64,000 bases of DNA from an uncultured virus (IMG/VR IMGVR_UViG_3300029908_000008) (Duplodnaviria > Heunggongvirae > Uroviricota > Caudoviricetes): the IMG/VR virus record IMGVR_UViG_3300029908_000008; one strand, 5' to 3'. Below the pieces are notes generated by a model that worked only from the letters and a program-made list of their open reading frames with translations, was not told the DNA's origin and made no database searches. Position 1 is the first letter of the stretch; the number at the start of each line of letters is the position of its first letter. Positions 31,498 through 42,314 of this stretch are shown one piece after another. Made by a program: the position numbers and the translations under genes.

Positions 31498-31703
31498 GAT
31501 TGTTTTAAATATTCTGGACAATTAATTAAAAATACTTCTAGATAAGTTCTATATTGATCTATTAATGTTAATGATCCGACTTTAATATCTAGATTGACAA
31601 ATGGTTCATGAATATAGTTTATTTTTACGTAGTGTAATGCACCGCACCACATAGTTTTTGCTATATCACATGGTTTTAATTCTTTTAACTGGAACAAATT
31701 CAT
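31494..31703 (-). CDS. CPEYLK-tail family small protein
   Basis: NCPEYLKQS tail. Confidence 0.85.
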   Translation of the reverse strand: MNLFQLKELKPCDIAKTMWCGALHYVKINYIHEPFVNLDIKVGSLTLIDQYRTYLEVFLINCPEYLKQS

Positions 31704-31942
31704 AGCAAATATTTTGGACTTTTTCTTGCTTCTCGAAGCACAACGTATTTACAATGAGTTTTAAAAATATCACCAACTCTATGTGCAGTTCTGTTATTTT
31801 CTGGCAACTCTAAAAATTTAACTGTAAGCCAATCCTTTTGTTCATGTCTAATAAATTTAACGTGTAGATCAGACCATTCCTCACATTGGTTCCATCTAAT
31901 TATATGGCCATATTTTAATTGTTTTAATTGTTCTGTAGTCAT
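31700..31942 (-). CDS. CPEYLK-tail family small protein
   Basis: SPKYLL tail. Confidence 0.8.
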   Translation of the reverse strand: MTTEQLKQLKYGHIIRWNQCEEWSDLHVKFIRHEQKDWLTVKFLELPENNRTAHRVGDIFKTHCKYVVLREARKSPKYLL

Positions 31943-32160
31943 TTTTTTAAATATTTAGGATGTTTTGATATTTTTCTAAAATATTTAGCATAGTATTTAC
32001 CCTGATAGCGGTGCCAGTATACATCGTTTATCACTGGGGATGTCAAAAACTCAACTGTCAAATAATTACTATCATGCCACAAAACTTTTACTTTGTGACC
32101 GCACCAAATCGACTCTGACATTCGCCAACATATAATTTCTCCGATTTTAAAGTTATGCAA
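31939..32160 (-). CDS. CPEYLK-tail family small protein
   Basis: FKIGE...HPKYLKK. Confidence 0.85.
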   Translation of the reverse strand: MHNFKIGEIICWRMSESIWCGHKVKVLWHDSNYLTVEFLTSPVINDVYWHRYQGKYYAKYFRKISKHPKYLKK

Positions 32161-32728
32161 TTTTAATATCCAGAGATTTATATTTTTTCCATAATTCTAC
32201 ATTTAATTGAGAATCAAAATCACTTGTATGTGTGATAGACTCGTCTACTTCAATACCCCAGAACCCACATAATTTTTGTAAATTTAATTCTTGATCCTCA
32301 GGTATTAAACCTTTGAATTGTAGTAATTTACTAATTGAAATTAAATCAATAACTCGCCTGTCTACATATTGATACCAAGTATTTTTATCAATTAGGTAAT
32401 AAAAAAGATTGTCTAAATCAAAACCACAATTCTGACCCAGCACAGTAAGTTTGCCATACATCGAATAATTTTTATAAATAAAAGATGCAACATTATTTTT
32501 CATCTCAGAATATTTTCTAGCATTTAGATCATGTTCCACAATATTTATTCTATTCACTTTCATTGATTCAGCCGATAGGTGATAAACTCCATCATCTGGT
32601 TTTAATTTTAAATTTAATGTGTCAATAATTTTACTATTTTCATCTACAACACTCATTGTGAATGTCAATAGGCTAAATTTTGCATAATCTAAACCACCGG
32701 TTTCTGAATCAATTGATAATAAATACAT
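32153..32728 (-). CDS. DEDDh 3'-5' exonuclease (DnaQ-like)
   Basis: IDSETGG, GQNCGFD and HTSDFD motifs. Confidence 0.9.
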   Translation of the reverse strand: MYLLSIDSETGGLDYAKFSLLTFTMSVVDENSKIIDTLNLKLKPDDGVYHLSAESMKVNRINIVEHDLNARKYSEMKNNVASFIYKNYSMYGKLTVLGQNCGFDLDNLFYYLIDKNTWYQYVDRRVIDLISISKLLQFKGLIPEDQELNLQKLCGFWGIEVDESITHTSDFDSQLNVELWKKYKSLDIKIA

Positions 32729-32732
32729 ATTT

Positions 32733-33122
32733 TTATGTTCTCTCTAGTAATGCGCGGGTAATTACCTGTCTACAAATCGGATCTATGTGATGTTGGGTGG
32801 CTAGTATGGCTCTAAGATGGTCTATTTCAAGATCTTTTAGTAAACTATATTTCACAGGCTCTTTTCCTGACTTGCCTTTGGAACCCCATAATAATTTATT
32901 ATATATCGTATCTTCATCAGCATTATCTTCAATATTCATACTAACAATAGATGGATGATTGACAAAATTTGTGCGACAATAATCTAATCCACCATCAATA
33001 AAAAAATAAGAATCACCTTTATTGACTTTACTACCATCTAATTTAAAGGCTACAAAATCATGTCTATGAGTTGATATCCTGTATTCTCCACATATTGGTA
33101 AAAAAACTGCATTTTGTATCAT
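32733..33122 (-). CDS. phage hypothetical protein
   Basis: HRHDF...IDGGLDY...WGSKGK pattern. Confidence 0.7.
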   Translation of the reverse strand: MIQNAVFLPICGEYRISTHRHDFVAFKLDGSKVNKGDSYFFIDGGLDYCRTNFVNHPSIVSMNIEDNADEDTIYNKLLWGSKGKSGKEPVKYSLLKDLEIDHLRAILATQHHIDPICRQVITRALLERT

Positions 33123-33465
33123 ATCTAATCAATCTCTTTTAATTTTTCTATTTCATTTTGACAATCAAGTATTTGATTATATTGAGATAGTTCTTTGTCA
33201 ATATTACTCACAAAATATTTTCTGTTTTTAAACACTTCATTTTCGAATATTTCCAACATAATTTAAATCAAAATCTCCTTTATTTTTTTCCAATTTCTCT
33301 ACATTCTTATTTATTGCTATAGAATCTTTCACTGCATTACCAAAGATTAGTGCTATCAGCAACACTAATACAATGGTAATAAATTTCGCTACTCTTACTG
33401 ACTTTTTAAACAATTTTTCAAAATAATTCATACATTATTATATGTTTTATTTTTGTTGATAATTT

Positions 33466-33663
33466 TTAAAAATCATCTTTCTTCATTCTATTTCTTAGCG
33501 CGTCTAGGCGTTTTCTTTTTGATGGTTTTAAATATTCTGATCTATCTTTAATTTCTTGTATAATCCCAGAATTATAAACCTGTGTATTGAAGCGTTTTAA
33601 TGCGCTATCAATTGTTTCATCATGTTTTAAAGTCACCTTAGCATGAATTGCTCGTTTACCCAT
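33466..33663 (-). CDS. rpsU: ribosomal protein bS21
   Basis: ETIDSALKRF...GIIQEIKDRSEYLKPSKRKR. Confidence 0.85.
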   Translation of the reverse strand: MGKRAIHAKVTLKHDETIDSALKRFNTQVYNSGIIQEIKDRSEYLKPSKRKRLDALRNRMKKDDF

Positions 33664-33770
33664 ATTATATTGTCTAACCTCTATTCTATATTTTTATAAT
33701 AAAATCTTTATTATAAATTAATTACCTATTATTTAAAGGATTATATTACATTGCTTGAGAATAAAAACCC

Positions 33771-34286
33771 ATGAATTCAAAAATAATTCAAAAAATTATC
33801 AATGCCGCGAATATTTCAGATGTAAATGGCTTTAAATTTGAGGCTGATTACCTCACCAAACTCGCACAAGATTTAATTCATGAAGATTTTGGAAATAATC
33901 AGGACCCTGATATTTTTGAATTAGGCGAAGATAACCACGTATTGAAAGAAAACTCAGATTTTTACATTGAAGCATCTACTTTATTGTTTGATATCGCAAA
34001 ACGTTCTGGATTAGAATTAGTGAATTTTTCTTATAATCTCAAATTTAATAAAGATTCACTCATGCATCTTAAAACAAAACTGGAAACACTAAAACAGATA
34101 ATTAGATTAAATCTTCATCCAAGAGAATCTGGATTATCTGAAACGTTTCATGCTTTGGGAGAAAATTCTATATTTAATTTCTCCACAAGAGAAATACACG
34201 GTTTCGACATAACTAGAGAGCATCGCTTAGAATTAATACGATTAATTAATGAATTCCTTGATCTAATTAATTATAAATCAAACTAA
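33771..34286 (+). CDS. hypothetical protein with shared N-terminal leader (candidate internal virion protein)
   Basis: IINAANISDVNGFKFEADYLTKLAQ. Confidence 0.6.
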   Translation: MNSKIIQKIINAANISDVNGFKFEADYLTKLAQDLIHEDFGNNQDPDIFELGEDNHVLKENSDFYIEASTLLFDIAKRSGLELVNFSYNLKFNKDSLMHLKTKLETLKQIIRLNLHPRESGLSETFHALGENSIFNFSTREIHGFDITREHRLELIRLINEFLDLINYKSN

Positions 34287-35384
34287 AACAGGTGTTTTTC
34301 TTGGGCGACCTTTCGGACGTTTAATTACATCAACAATAGTTAATTCAGTAACGGCCTTTTTTGGGCGTCCTCGGGCCTTTTTAATTTTAGGTTCTGATGA
34401 CTCTGTTTCAATAACTTTATCTTTTGCGGGCCTGCCTCTTTTATTAATTGATTTACCTGGCTTTTTAAATTTAGTAAGTTTTGGCACGGCATGAAATGTG
34501 GTTCGATCTACGCCATGACAAGCAAAATTTATATATTGTTTAAGATAAAGATTCTGTAGATTATCAAATTCCGATGGATCTAAAGCATATAATTGGCTAG
34601 GATTTAGATTTGATAATCCATTCAAAAATGCCAGAGTTTCATCTAAGTCTTCTTGACCCCATTGCATAAATGAGACTTGAGTCCTTCCTACTGGATCTAG
34701 AAATCCACATAATTTAGTATCATAAAATGCCCATCGGTCTTGTGGTTCTAAAATAGATTCAATTGGAATCTGCTTTAATACGACAATATTGTTTTTATCA
34801 ATTTTCTTTGGTTCATAGCCATTTTTCTTTCTGAATTCAGACGACAAATTTTGCCATTCCATTACTAAATCCATATTGAATTTAATTCTATATTTGGAGA
34901 TAAATGCTTCTGATAATTTTTGAAAAACTGGCAACATATTAAAATCTAAATGATTAATATATTTTTCTAATACATCTTCAGATAATCTTTGATACCTTAA
35001 AAGATCTTTCCAATTCATTCTATCTCCATATTTCATAATCACAGATTCTGGAAGATATGAAACTTTTGACATTTTATCAAAATTAAGTTTGTCTTGAAAT
35101 TCTTCTACGATTGACAATTCTGCCACATTTTTATTTGTGGAAAATAATTCAAAATCTACGTATTGTTTATATTTTTTAATTGACTGTGCGCCGAGGCCGT
35201 AATAATTAATCACAAAATTAACCTTATTTTTGATTAATTCATAATTAGTTGGCCAGATCTTGATTGTGTTTTCAATATAGTTTAATGGTGTACTCATGAA
35301 TGTATTATACTTTTTATTTTTGATGATATTTTTTAAGATATTTTGGGCATAAAGGCGGTTTGTATTTTTTACATAAACGTTCAA
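34278..35384 (-). CDS. repeat protein with three C-terminal AT-hooks
   Basis: QxLSE-type repeats; RGRPAK, RGRPKK, KGRPRK. Confidence 0.7.
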   Translation of the reverse strand: MNVYVKNTNRLYAQNILKNIIKNKKYNTFMSTPLNYIENTIKIWPTNYELIKNKVNFVINYYGLGAQSIKKYKQYVDFELFSTNKNVAELSIVEEFQDKLNFDKMSKVSYLPESVIMKYGDRMNWKDLLRYQRLSEDVLEKYINHLDFNMLPVFQKLSEAFISKYRIKFNMDLVMEWQNLSSEFRKKNGYEPKKIDKNNIVVLKQIPIESILEPQDRWAFYDTKLCGFLDPVGRTQVSFMQWGQEDLDETLAFLNGLSNLNPSQLYALDPSEFDNLQNLYLKQYINFACHGVDRTTFHAVPKLTKFKKPGKSINKRGRPAKDKVIETESSEPKIKKARGRPKKAVTELTIVDVIKRPKGRPRKTPVLV

Positions 35385-36476
35385 ATTCCATTGCTCTTAT
35401 CGTGTTATCGCCAATACAGGGCCATGGTACTCATATCCATAACAAATATCATATACCATATCAACTCTAAAGCGATTACCGTATCTATCTACTAGAGCAT
35501 CTCCAACTTTAAATTTCAATAAACCACCTTTGGCTTAGTAATAGGTTCTGTAAGTGGCATCTTTTCAATTGCTAATCCAAGTTTTTTATATTTTTCTGGA
35601 TCAATATTTAAATGACGAGCCATACCTACGCTCTCGGTGATAAAATCATGAATATGACCTGATAAAAATTTCCCATATTCATTAATTAGATAAACATCTC
35701 CATCTTTATCTCTGGCGCAAGTTTCATTAGGATACATGCCCAACATTAACCCTAAAATTTTATTTAACTTAGGTGTGCAAAAGCCCGAATTAAGAAGCAA
35801 ATCAGCAGTTTTTTTAATTTCTATTTCCATTTTTAATCACAATTACAATCCTTTTTTCTAAATAATTTAAATTTTTTCCTATTGTTTGAAATAATATTAT
35901 ATAATTTCTCAACAATCCTCAAACAATATTTATTCTTTGAAATATATTTGGCTAAATTCCATGGGAAATTCAATAAAGAGAAAATTTTAATCCAGCCCTC
36001 ATGAGACTTATAGCATTCTCCATTATAAAAAAACATAAAAGAATCAGATGATAATATTTCTCTTTTAAATTCTTTTTTAATTCCAAATAACATACTATCT
36101 ATGTTTTTATTCTTGAGTAATTTAGAGGCGAATTGTGTAGCGTTAATACATAATTCGCATGTGTTATCATATAAAAAAACAGATTTGTTATTTTGAGATA
36201 TTGTCTTATATTTTTCTAAATTGAAATCCATAATAATATAATGAAGGTATTATTATATTATACAGATAAATTAACTCTGTATTCTTCAGCGCTGAAGATT
36301 AAATTAAAAAAAGGAGGCGCTGTTAGAAAAATGATAAAAATAATTGAAGAGATTTTTTCTCAAGTATTCAGAACAATTATTCCAGAAATAAACGATAAAA
36401 ATTATTGTGAAATTTTAGGTGAAGATTATAAATTTTTTAATATTTTTTCAAAAAAATAAATTTTAAAACCTCATTG

Positions 36477-36665
36477 TTAATTAAGATAATGAGGTTTTCC
36501 TTTTGAAACATTTAAGTGACTCACACTAATATAGCCATATTCATAATCCTCTCCATAAAATCCTAAAGTTATTCTATTATCTATTTTATTTAAAATAGCA
36601 GTTTTCCAACCATTATAATAAACTATATCACCTATTTTTAAATTCTCAAATTGTTTTATTGTCAT
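36477..36665 (-). CDS. CPEYLK-tail family small protein
   Basis: LKIGD...KPHYLN. Confidence 0.85.
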   Translation of the reverse strand: MTIKQFENLKIGDIVYYNGWKTAILNKIDNRITLGFYGEDYEYGYISVSHLNVSKGKPHYLN

Positions 36666-36895
36666 ATTGTTTTTAAATATTCTGGACAATTATTTATTAA
36701 TGCAAAACTTTTTAAAAATTTAATTGGAAATATTAAATTAACATATTCCGCTTTATAAAATATTATTGAAGGTGTGAGAGTTAAAGTAAAATCACTATCA
36801 TTAATGTTTATAATTATAGCACGTGCAAACACAAAATGTTCATTCCATGTGCCGTCATTCTTAAAATATACTTTGTCAAACAATTTAAAATTCAT
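36662..36895 (-). CDS. CPEYLK-tail family small protein
   Basis: FKLFD...NCPEYLK. Confidence 0.85.
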   Translation of the reverse strand: MNFKLFDKVYFKNDGTWNEHFVFARAIIININDSDFTLTLTPSIIFYKAEYVNLIFPIKFLKSFALINNCPEYLKTI

Positions 36896-36940
36896 TATAA
36901 AATAAAGGTCCTATATTTAAAAATATTCAATTAATAATTT

Positions 36941-37468
36941 GTGGCGACAATTCCTGTACAGTATTTCATACGGCAAATTACACCAATTGATAATGCTGTG
37001 TGTGCTGTTCGATATGATCTCCAGACCACGTTCCCTGGGCCAGTTGAACTTAGTACAGGTCCATATATTTATAGAGAAGCCAAAACTTCGATGATATCCT
37101 TAGCATTATTATATGCTAATACCGATGTTACGCAAACTTTATATGTGAATGGAACATTAAATTCTAATATTTCTAATAATTTTCAAAATGCTAATATGCA
37201 AGAATTAATCATGTTCTATAATAGGGCATATCAATATGCTGAGAATTATTTTGCCAATGTACAATATAATAATAACCTTGTTAAGGGCTATACCGGTCCA
37301 TCTAATTTTACTGGTACTGGCGTTGTCACAGGAAGTTACAACATCACAACTCAACTTGTTACAGGTAACCAACTATACATACCAGATGCATATCAATATT
37401 TTAATTCAGATTATTATGATTGGCAATGGGGTGGTTCAGTAGATGAAGATTATTATTGGGCATATTAA
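36941..37468 (+). CDS. probable structural protein
   Basis: T/G/N/Y-rich, TGP motifs. Confidence 0.55.
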   Translation: MATIPVQYFIRQITPIDNAVCAVRYDLQTTFPGPVELSTGPYIYREAKTSMISLALLYANTDVTQTLYVNGTLNSNISNNFQNANMQELIMFYNRAYQYAENYFANVQYNNNLVKGYTGPSNFTGTGVVTGSYNITTQLVTGNQLYIPDAYQYFNSDYYDWQWGGSVDEDYYWAY

Positions 37469-37797
37469 ACAATCCGCGATTTTTTAATTCCTCTGCTATT
37501 TCCAATGTAGAAAAATCAGAAATTTTAGATTGAAAATTGAGTCTAAAATCATCTTCCATTAAATCAATTAATCCTCTTTTTTTAACCTCATCAATTAAAT
37601 CATAATCATAAATAGAGTCTTTCAAAAAATTATCAATTTTAATTAATTTTAAATCTTCTACCACATTTTCCGGAGCATTATTTAAATAATTTTCTAGATT
37701 ATTTAAACGCACCTTAGTGATGCGTTCTAAGTCAAGAATCAAATCAAAAACAGTACTATTCCAAGCCATGAATTAATATAATTAAAATTAAGGTATA

Positions 37798-38610
37798 TTA
37801 TTTCATAGTTTTAAAAACATTACTAATTCGCTCTTCTAATGTGTCGCCTTTAATTTCTTTAGCCATTTCATATGCATCTTTTTTATTATAATTTTTATAT
37901 TTCATTAATACATTTGCTACGTCGTCCACTAATTTTTGTTCTTTTAAATCTATTGTAGATTCTGTTTTTGTTTCATGATTATTAATATCAGAATCATATT
38001 GTTTGAAGACCCAATCAATTGCAGAACCGCAGGTTTTTGCCTTGCATTTTCTAACATAAGGAATTATTTCATTATCACTAAAATATCTTAATAAAAATCT
38101 GATTGCATAATTGTTTTTGTCCAAATTGTTAAACGGCATATTTCTATATTTTTGCTCTTCAATATCTCTGGTTTTAATACATTCATCAATTATCTCAGAT
38201 TGTATGTCTGAATTACATTTATTAATATAATAATCTGCTTCAGAATCTGTAAACCAGAGGCTTGTAAGAAATTTCTTAGCGTCCAACACATCTTCTTTTG
38301 ATTTAAATCTATTTTTAATATTTAATGCTAGATCTGGAATATTATAACCCATTTCATCTAATGGGTCAGTGTACATAGGAGGATCTTTATTTATTTTAGA
38401 AGTTTTATTTTTTTCTTTTAAATCTTTACTTTTAGTATTTGTAAGTTCTTTTTTAATATTAGATGAATGAGTCATATATGCTATTAAGGAAATAAAACCT
38501 ATCATATCCACTAAAATTTTTAAATTAAAAGAAGTTATAAAATTGTTCAATCCTACAATGGCTAATAAGCCCATCATTATATTTTGAAATTTCTGCCATG
38601 TGTGAATCAT
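37798..38610 (-). CDS. membrane-anchored hypothetical protein
   Basis: two N-terminal hydrophobic segments. Confidence 0.7.
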   Translation of the reverse strand: MIHTWQKFQNIMMGLLAIVGLNNFITSFNLKILVDMIGFISLIAYMTHSSNIKKELTNTKSKDLKEKNKTSKINKDPPMYTDPLDEMGYNIPDLALNIKNRFKSKEDVLDAKKFLTSLWFTDSEADYYINKCNSDIQSEIIDECIKTRDIEEQKYRNMPFNNLDKNNYAIRFLLRYFSDNEIIPYVRKCKAKTCGSAIDWVFKQYDSDINNHETKTESTIDLKEQKLVDDVANVLMKYKNYNKKDAYEMAKEIKGDTLEERISNVFKTMK

Positions 38611-38612
38611 AT

Positions 38613-38852
38613 CTAATTATAGTTTTTATTTTTATTGGTATTTTTTAAATATTCTGGACAATTATTTATTAAATAAGAATCATAATTAACTTCTGATTCG
38701 GTAAACATATAATATCCAGCATTAGTCAGTAATTTTGTTTTCACGGTAGAAATGCCTATTGAACAAACCTCAAAAATACTTGTTACCTGTGAATAGTAAG
38801 TGAGTCTAATGTGATCTCCAATCTTAATGTTATTATTATGCCTATCTCTCAT
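38613..38852 (-). CDS. CPEYLK-tail family small protein
   Basis: IKIGD...NCPEYLK. Confidence 0.85.
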   Translation of the reverse strand: MRDRHNNNIKIGDHIRLTYYSQVTSIFEVCSIGISTVKTKLLTNAGYYMFTESEVNYDSYLINNCPEYLKNTNKNKNYN

Positions 38853-38854
38853 TA

Positions 38855-39037
38855 TTATTTTATATAATTCGGCTTATTGTTTAAATGTCTGCATTCTTCT
38901 AAATAAAAACACATTGTATGCTCTTCTATATTGATAATTTTATTTACAGAATCATAATCTTTAACTGTGCCAATAAAATTATTTATCATAATGATACGGG
39001 AATTAATTACAATTTTTTGGCCTTTTTTAAATTTCAT
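38855..39037 (-). CDS. CPEYLK-tail family small protein
   Basis: FKKGQ...KPNYIK. Confidence 0.8.
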   Translation of the reverse strand: MKFKKGQKIVINSRIIMINNFIGTVKDYDSVNKIINIEEHTMCFYLEECRHLNNKPNYIK

Positions 39038-39285
39038 TATCTTAAATATTTTGGAATATTTTTTATCATTCTCATATATTTTAAATTGCTAATATTATAA
39101 ATAATAGTATAATTTTTATCATATGTTAGAGTATTTATTCTTATAGGATCGATTAATTCAACTGTATATGTATGGGAATAGGAATTAAATTCGACGATTG
39201 TACATCTTGCAAGTCTGAACTCTTTAGGCCATACTTGACTGTTATCATCAAAGTAAATTTGATCGCCAATTTTATAATTAAACAT
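39037..39285 (-). CDS. CPEYLK-tail family small protein
   Basis: YKIGD...IPKYLR. Confidence 0.85.
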   Translation of the reverse strand: MFNYKIGDQIYFDDNSQVWPKEFRLARCTIVEFNSYSHTYTVELIDPIRINTLTYDKNYTIIYNISNLKYMRMIKNIPKYLR

Positions 39286-39319
39286 AAAACATTATACTAA
39301 TTATTTTTATTGTGAATTT

Positions 39320-40333
39320 TTATTTATATAATGCTCTTTCCACTTCTTGTATATATTCTTTTAAACAATTATCCCAAGCAAAATTATCAATGGCATATTG
39401 TCGAATTTCTGCCCTCATCGTTCTGGAAATTTCTTTATTTTCTAAAATTGCATTCCTCACATAATTAGAGTCGCTTAATTTATCATTAGGAATAACAGTA
39501 ATAAATGGCAGACTAGTATCAATTACATCACTTACGCAATTCTCTGATATAACAAGTCCAAGAGATGCAAGTAAACTTTCCATTAAGGTCATTGTAAAAA
39601 GTGTTTCACCAGTTGACAATAATACGCTATTAGTATAGTCAGTGAGGCATTCTGATAATCTCGCGCGGGTATATTCACCTTTATAATTATCACCTAATAC
39701 ATTTAAATTAGAAGCATATTCTTCTGGCAAATTTGGACCCACATAATCTACTTCAATATTAGAATTTAATAAAAGTCTTGCCAAATGCTCTTGACCTTTC
39801 CGAGGGCAAATTTTACCTAAACAGATTGTTTTATCAAATTTTGGTTCTAAAGTAAACTTAATTTTTTCATCAGCACCATTTTTCAGTCTAAATAATTTTG
39901 ATGGTGAAGATCCCTCATTTAAATATAATTCTTTACCCTTTTCTGACAAATAAAAATTCATTGTTGGGTTTCCGTCATCAACCATATTGTTAATAATTTT
40001 ATCCCAACCAAACATTTTCCATTTATGCTTTTCAAATAAAAATGGGAAATGACTCGTAAGTGCCACCGCACCTGGAAAACTCGCTGATAATGCCCGAGCA
40101 TTTATATGGTGAACATCATAATGGAAATGAACAAAGTCAAAAGGACCCTTTTCTTTATTAAATTTATTTATATCCCAGTTTAAATCAAAAATATTACCTG
40201 AATTTAAATATTCAACATCCCAATCTGAAATTTTAGGAATTCTTTGATAATGTTCCCATACAATTGCTTCAACTGCGCCATAGGCTGGTGCAGGCAAGGG
40301 GATAGGTGTTGTAACAATAAGTAATTTAGGCAT
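39320..40333 (-). CDS. GT-B (GT4-like) glycosyltransferase
   Basis: YGAVE, LGKICPRKGQ, E..L.SL, FAWD. Confidence 0.85.
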   Translation of the reverse strand: MPKLLIVTTPIPLPAPAYGAVEAIVWEHYQRIPKISDWDVEYLNSGNIFDLNWDINKFNKEKGPFDFVHFHYDVHHINARALSASFPGAVALTSHFPFLFEKHKWKMFGWDKIINNMVDDGNPTMNFYLSEKGKELYLNEGSSPSKLFRLKNGADEKIKFTLEPKFDKTICLGKICPRKGQEHLARLLLNSNIEVDYVGPNLPEEYASNLNVLGDNYKGEYTRARLSECLTDYTNSVLLSTGETLFTMTLMESLLASLGLVISENCVSDVIDTSLPFITVIPNDKLSDSNYVRNAILENKEISRTMRAEIRQYAIDNFAWDNCLKEYIQEVERALYK

Positions 40334-40339
40334 TATATA

Positions 40340-40570
40340 TTATTTATACAGATATTTTGGACATTTAAGATCTACTTTAGTAAAACTTGTAAAATAATCC
40401 AAAGGCAAACTTAAGATGGTGCCCGTTTCGTAAGGAAAACCAAATTCTAACAATTTAATTGTGAATATTTCGTCATTAATACTTTTAACAGCACATAATT
40501 TGCCAACTAAGTTATCAACCCAATCACCTTTATTTAAACGTAAAATATCGCCAATTTTAAATTCTTTCAT
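40340..40570 (-). CDS. CPEYLK-tail family small protein
   Basis: FKIGD...KCPKYLYK. Confidence 0.85.
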   Translation of the reverse strand: MKEFKIGDILRLNKGDWVDNLVGKLCAVKSINDEIFTIKLLEFGFPYETGTILSLPLDYFTSFTKVDLKCPKYLYK

Positions 40571-40800
40571 AATAAATATTGAGGTTTTTTATTGCAGATG
40601 AATAAATGTTTGGCATGATCGGCGAAAATAAAAATATATTGTATTCTATAATTTATTTCGTTTGAATGCAACAATCCTAAAAATTGATCTGGAAAAATTT
40701 CTAGTATCTCAAAAAATTTATTATTGAACTCTTCTATCCAAACATTACTATTATTAGATGTATGAACAAAATCTCCAACTTTTAAATTATTAAAAATTAA
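40567..40800 (-). pseudogene. CPEYLK-family frame lacking a canonical start codon
   Basis: LKVGDFV...KKPQYLL*, no ATG. Confidence 0.6.
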
Positions 40801-41087
40801 AATTTTTAAAACCCCCAGCCAGATGATCTTTGTACATGAGGAGATTCTGGTTTAATTTTTCCCCCTGTAACAAACTCATAGGTGTCTTCAAAGCAATCAT
40901 CACATAAATGCAATGTAATTAAAGAAAGATCAAATCTTGAGCCGTAGCCCCCGTCAAGTTCTAATTTACCTGCATTTTGCCAGGCATTAATAAGTTTTTC
41001 ATTAAGAAACTCTTTTTTACATTTATCACAAATAAAACCACAGTTTGACTCTTTTGTAATAGTTTCTGATTTTTTAATTATCATTTT

Positions 41088-41954
41088 TTAAAAATTCCCC
41101 TCTGCCACTTGTAAACATTTTAGACCTAATCTTCGCCATATTTCTACAACTTGTGCGCGATCATCTAATACAAATTTAATATAATATTTATTTCTAATAA
41201 AATTATTAAATATTTCTTCTTTAACAACAGAATCTTTCCTGCTGTCATTTAATGGGCGTAAAAATATATTTGAGAATGGTATATTATTTTCTAGAAGCCA
41301 TTCTTTAGATAATTCTAAACAAATTTCGTCACGACCACTTACAATTATAATTTTATATCCCAAATTACAATAATCTCTAACTATATCACTGATAATAGGA
41401 TCTGCAATATCTTGCTTTACCTTTAACCATTCATACGGACTTCTATTTTTAGGGCCAGTGGTTAGTGTAGAATCTAAGTCAACAATTAATGCCTTGGGCA
41501 ATGATTCATCCTGAATCAAAATCTCTGGATCTTTCTTTAAATATTGAGTATACATCTGCCGGATTGCCTTTTCTCCCACAGGATTCGCACGTTTTGAATC
41601 TCGCTCAATACAATCCTTTAAACTTACAGAAAGAAAACTATCATTAATAATTATTTCTGCATTATCACCAAATTTATTTGCGGCGCGGGTTTCATGAATA
41701 GTATTTAAATTTGTATCAGACCAAACCACGTCTTTACCCTCTTTTAATGCTAACTCAGTGATAACTTCTTGTACCTTTATCACAAAATCTTCCCTACCTT
41801 TACTATGTTTAGAATTATGAAGCATGGCTCTAAGATCATCTTTATTAATATTGATAATCTGCCCATTGCTCCTATCTACTTCATTATTAGCCCAGGTTGT
41901 TTTTCCACTTGAAATTAAGCCTTTTGTGAGGGTGATTTTATTTCTTCTTTTCAT
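41088..41954 (-). CDS. pseT: polynucleotide kinase/3'-phosphatase (T4 PseT-like)
   Basis: GLISSGKTT P-loop; DLDSTL, SGR and DDR phosphatase motifs. Confidence 0.92.
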   Translation of the reverse strand: MKRRNKITLTKGLISSGKTTWANNEVDRSNGQIININKDDLRAMLHNSKHSKGREDFVIKVQEVITELALKEGKDVVWSDTNLNTIHETRAANKFGDNAEIIINDSFLSVSLKDCIERDSKRANPVGEKAIRQMYTQYLKKDPEILIQDESLPKALIVDLDSTLTTGPKNRSPYEWLKVKQDIADPIISDIVRDYCNLGYKIIIVSGRDEICLELSKEWLLENNIPFSNIFLRPLNDSRKDSVVKEEIFNNFIRNKYYIKFVLDDRAQVVEIWRRLGLKCLQVAEGNF

Positions 41955-42065
41955 AATTAATTTATTATACTCTTTATTTTTGCTGAGGATTTCTTAAAAT
42001 ATTTTAGACATGTTTCATATTATAATTTGAGCCTATCAGTAAAAAATGCCAATTAGTGTGATATT

Positions 42066-42314
42066 TCATTCTAAATCTTCATTTTTAATTTTTTCATTGA
42101 TTTTTAAATATTCTGGACAATTATTTATTAATGTAATGTATTTTTCTGTTGCTGGGTATGTGACCCGATTAAATATTTTTCCATTAGATTTAATTACTTG
42201 GATGCTATATATACCTGCGTTTAAATCAATTACACGACAAATTACATTGTTCCATAAATTGTTTGTAGGATTGACATAGCGAATTAGGTCGCCTATTTTG
42301 TATTTATAATTCAT
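42066..42314 (-). CDS. CPEYLK-tail family small protein
   Basis: YKIGD...NCPEYLK. Confidence 0.85.
   Translation of the reverse strand: MNYKYKIGDLIRYVNPTNNLWNNVICRVIDLNAGIYSIQVIKSNGKIFNRVTYPATEKYITLINNCPEYLKINEKIKNEDLE

Noticed and set aside
33466..33663. EYLKP in bS21 as a tail-family member
   Set aside because: It is internal and matches the native bS21 Y.KPS motif.
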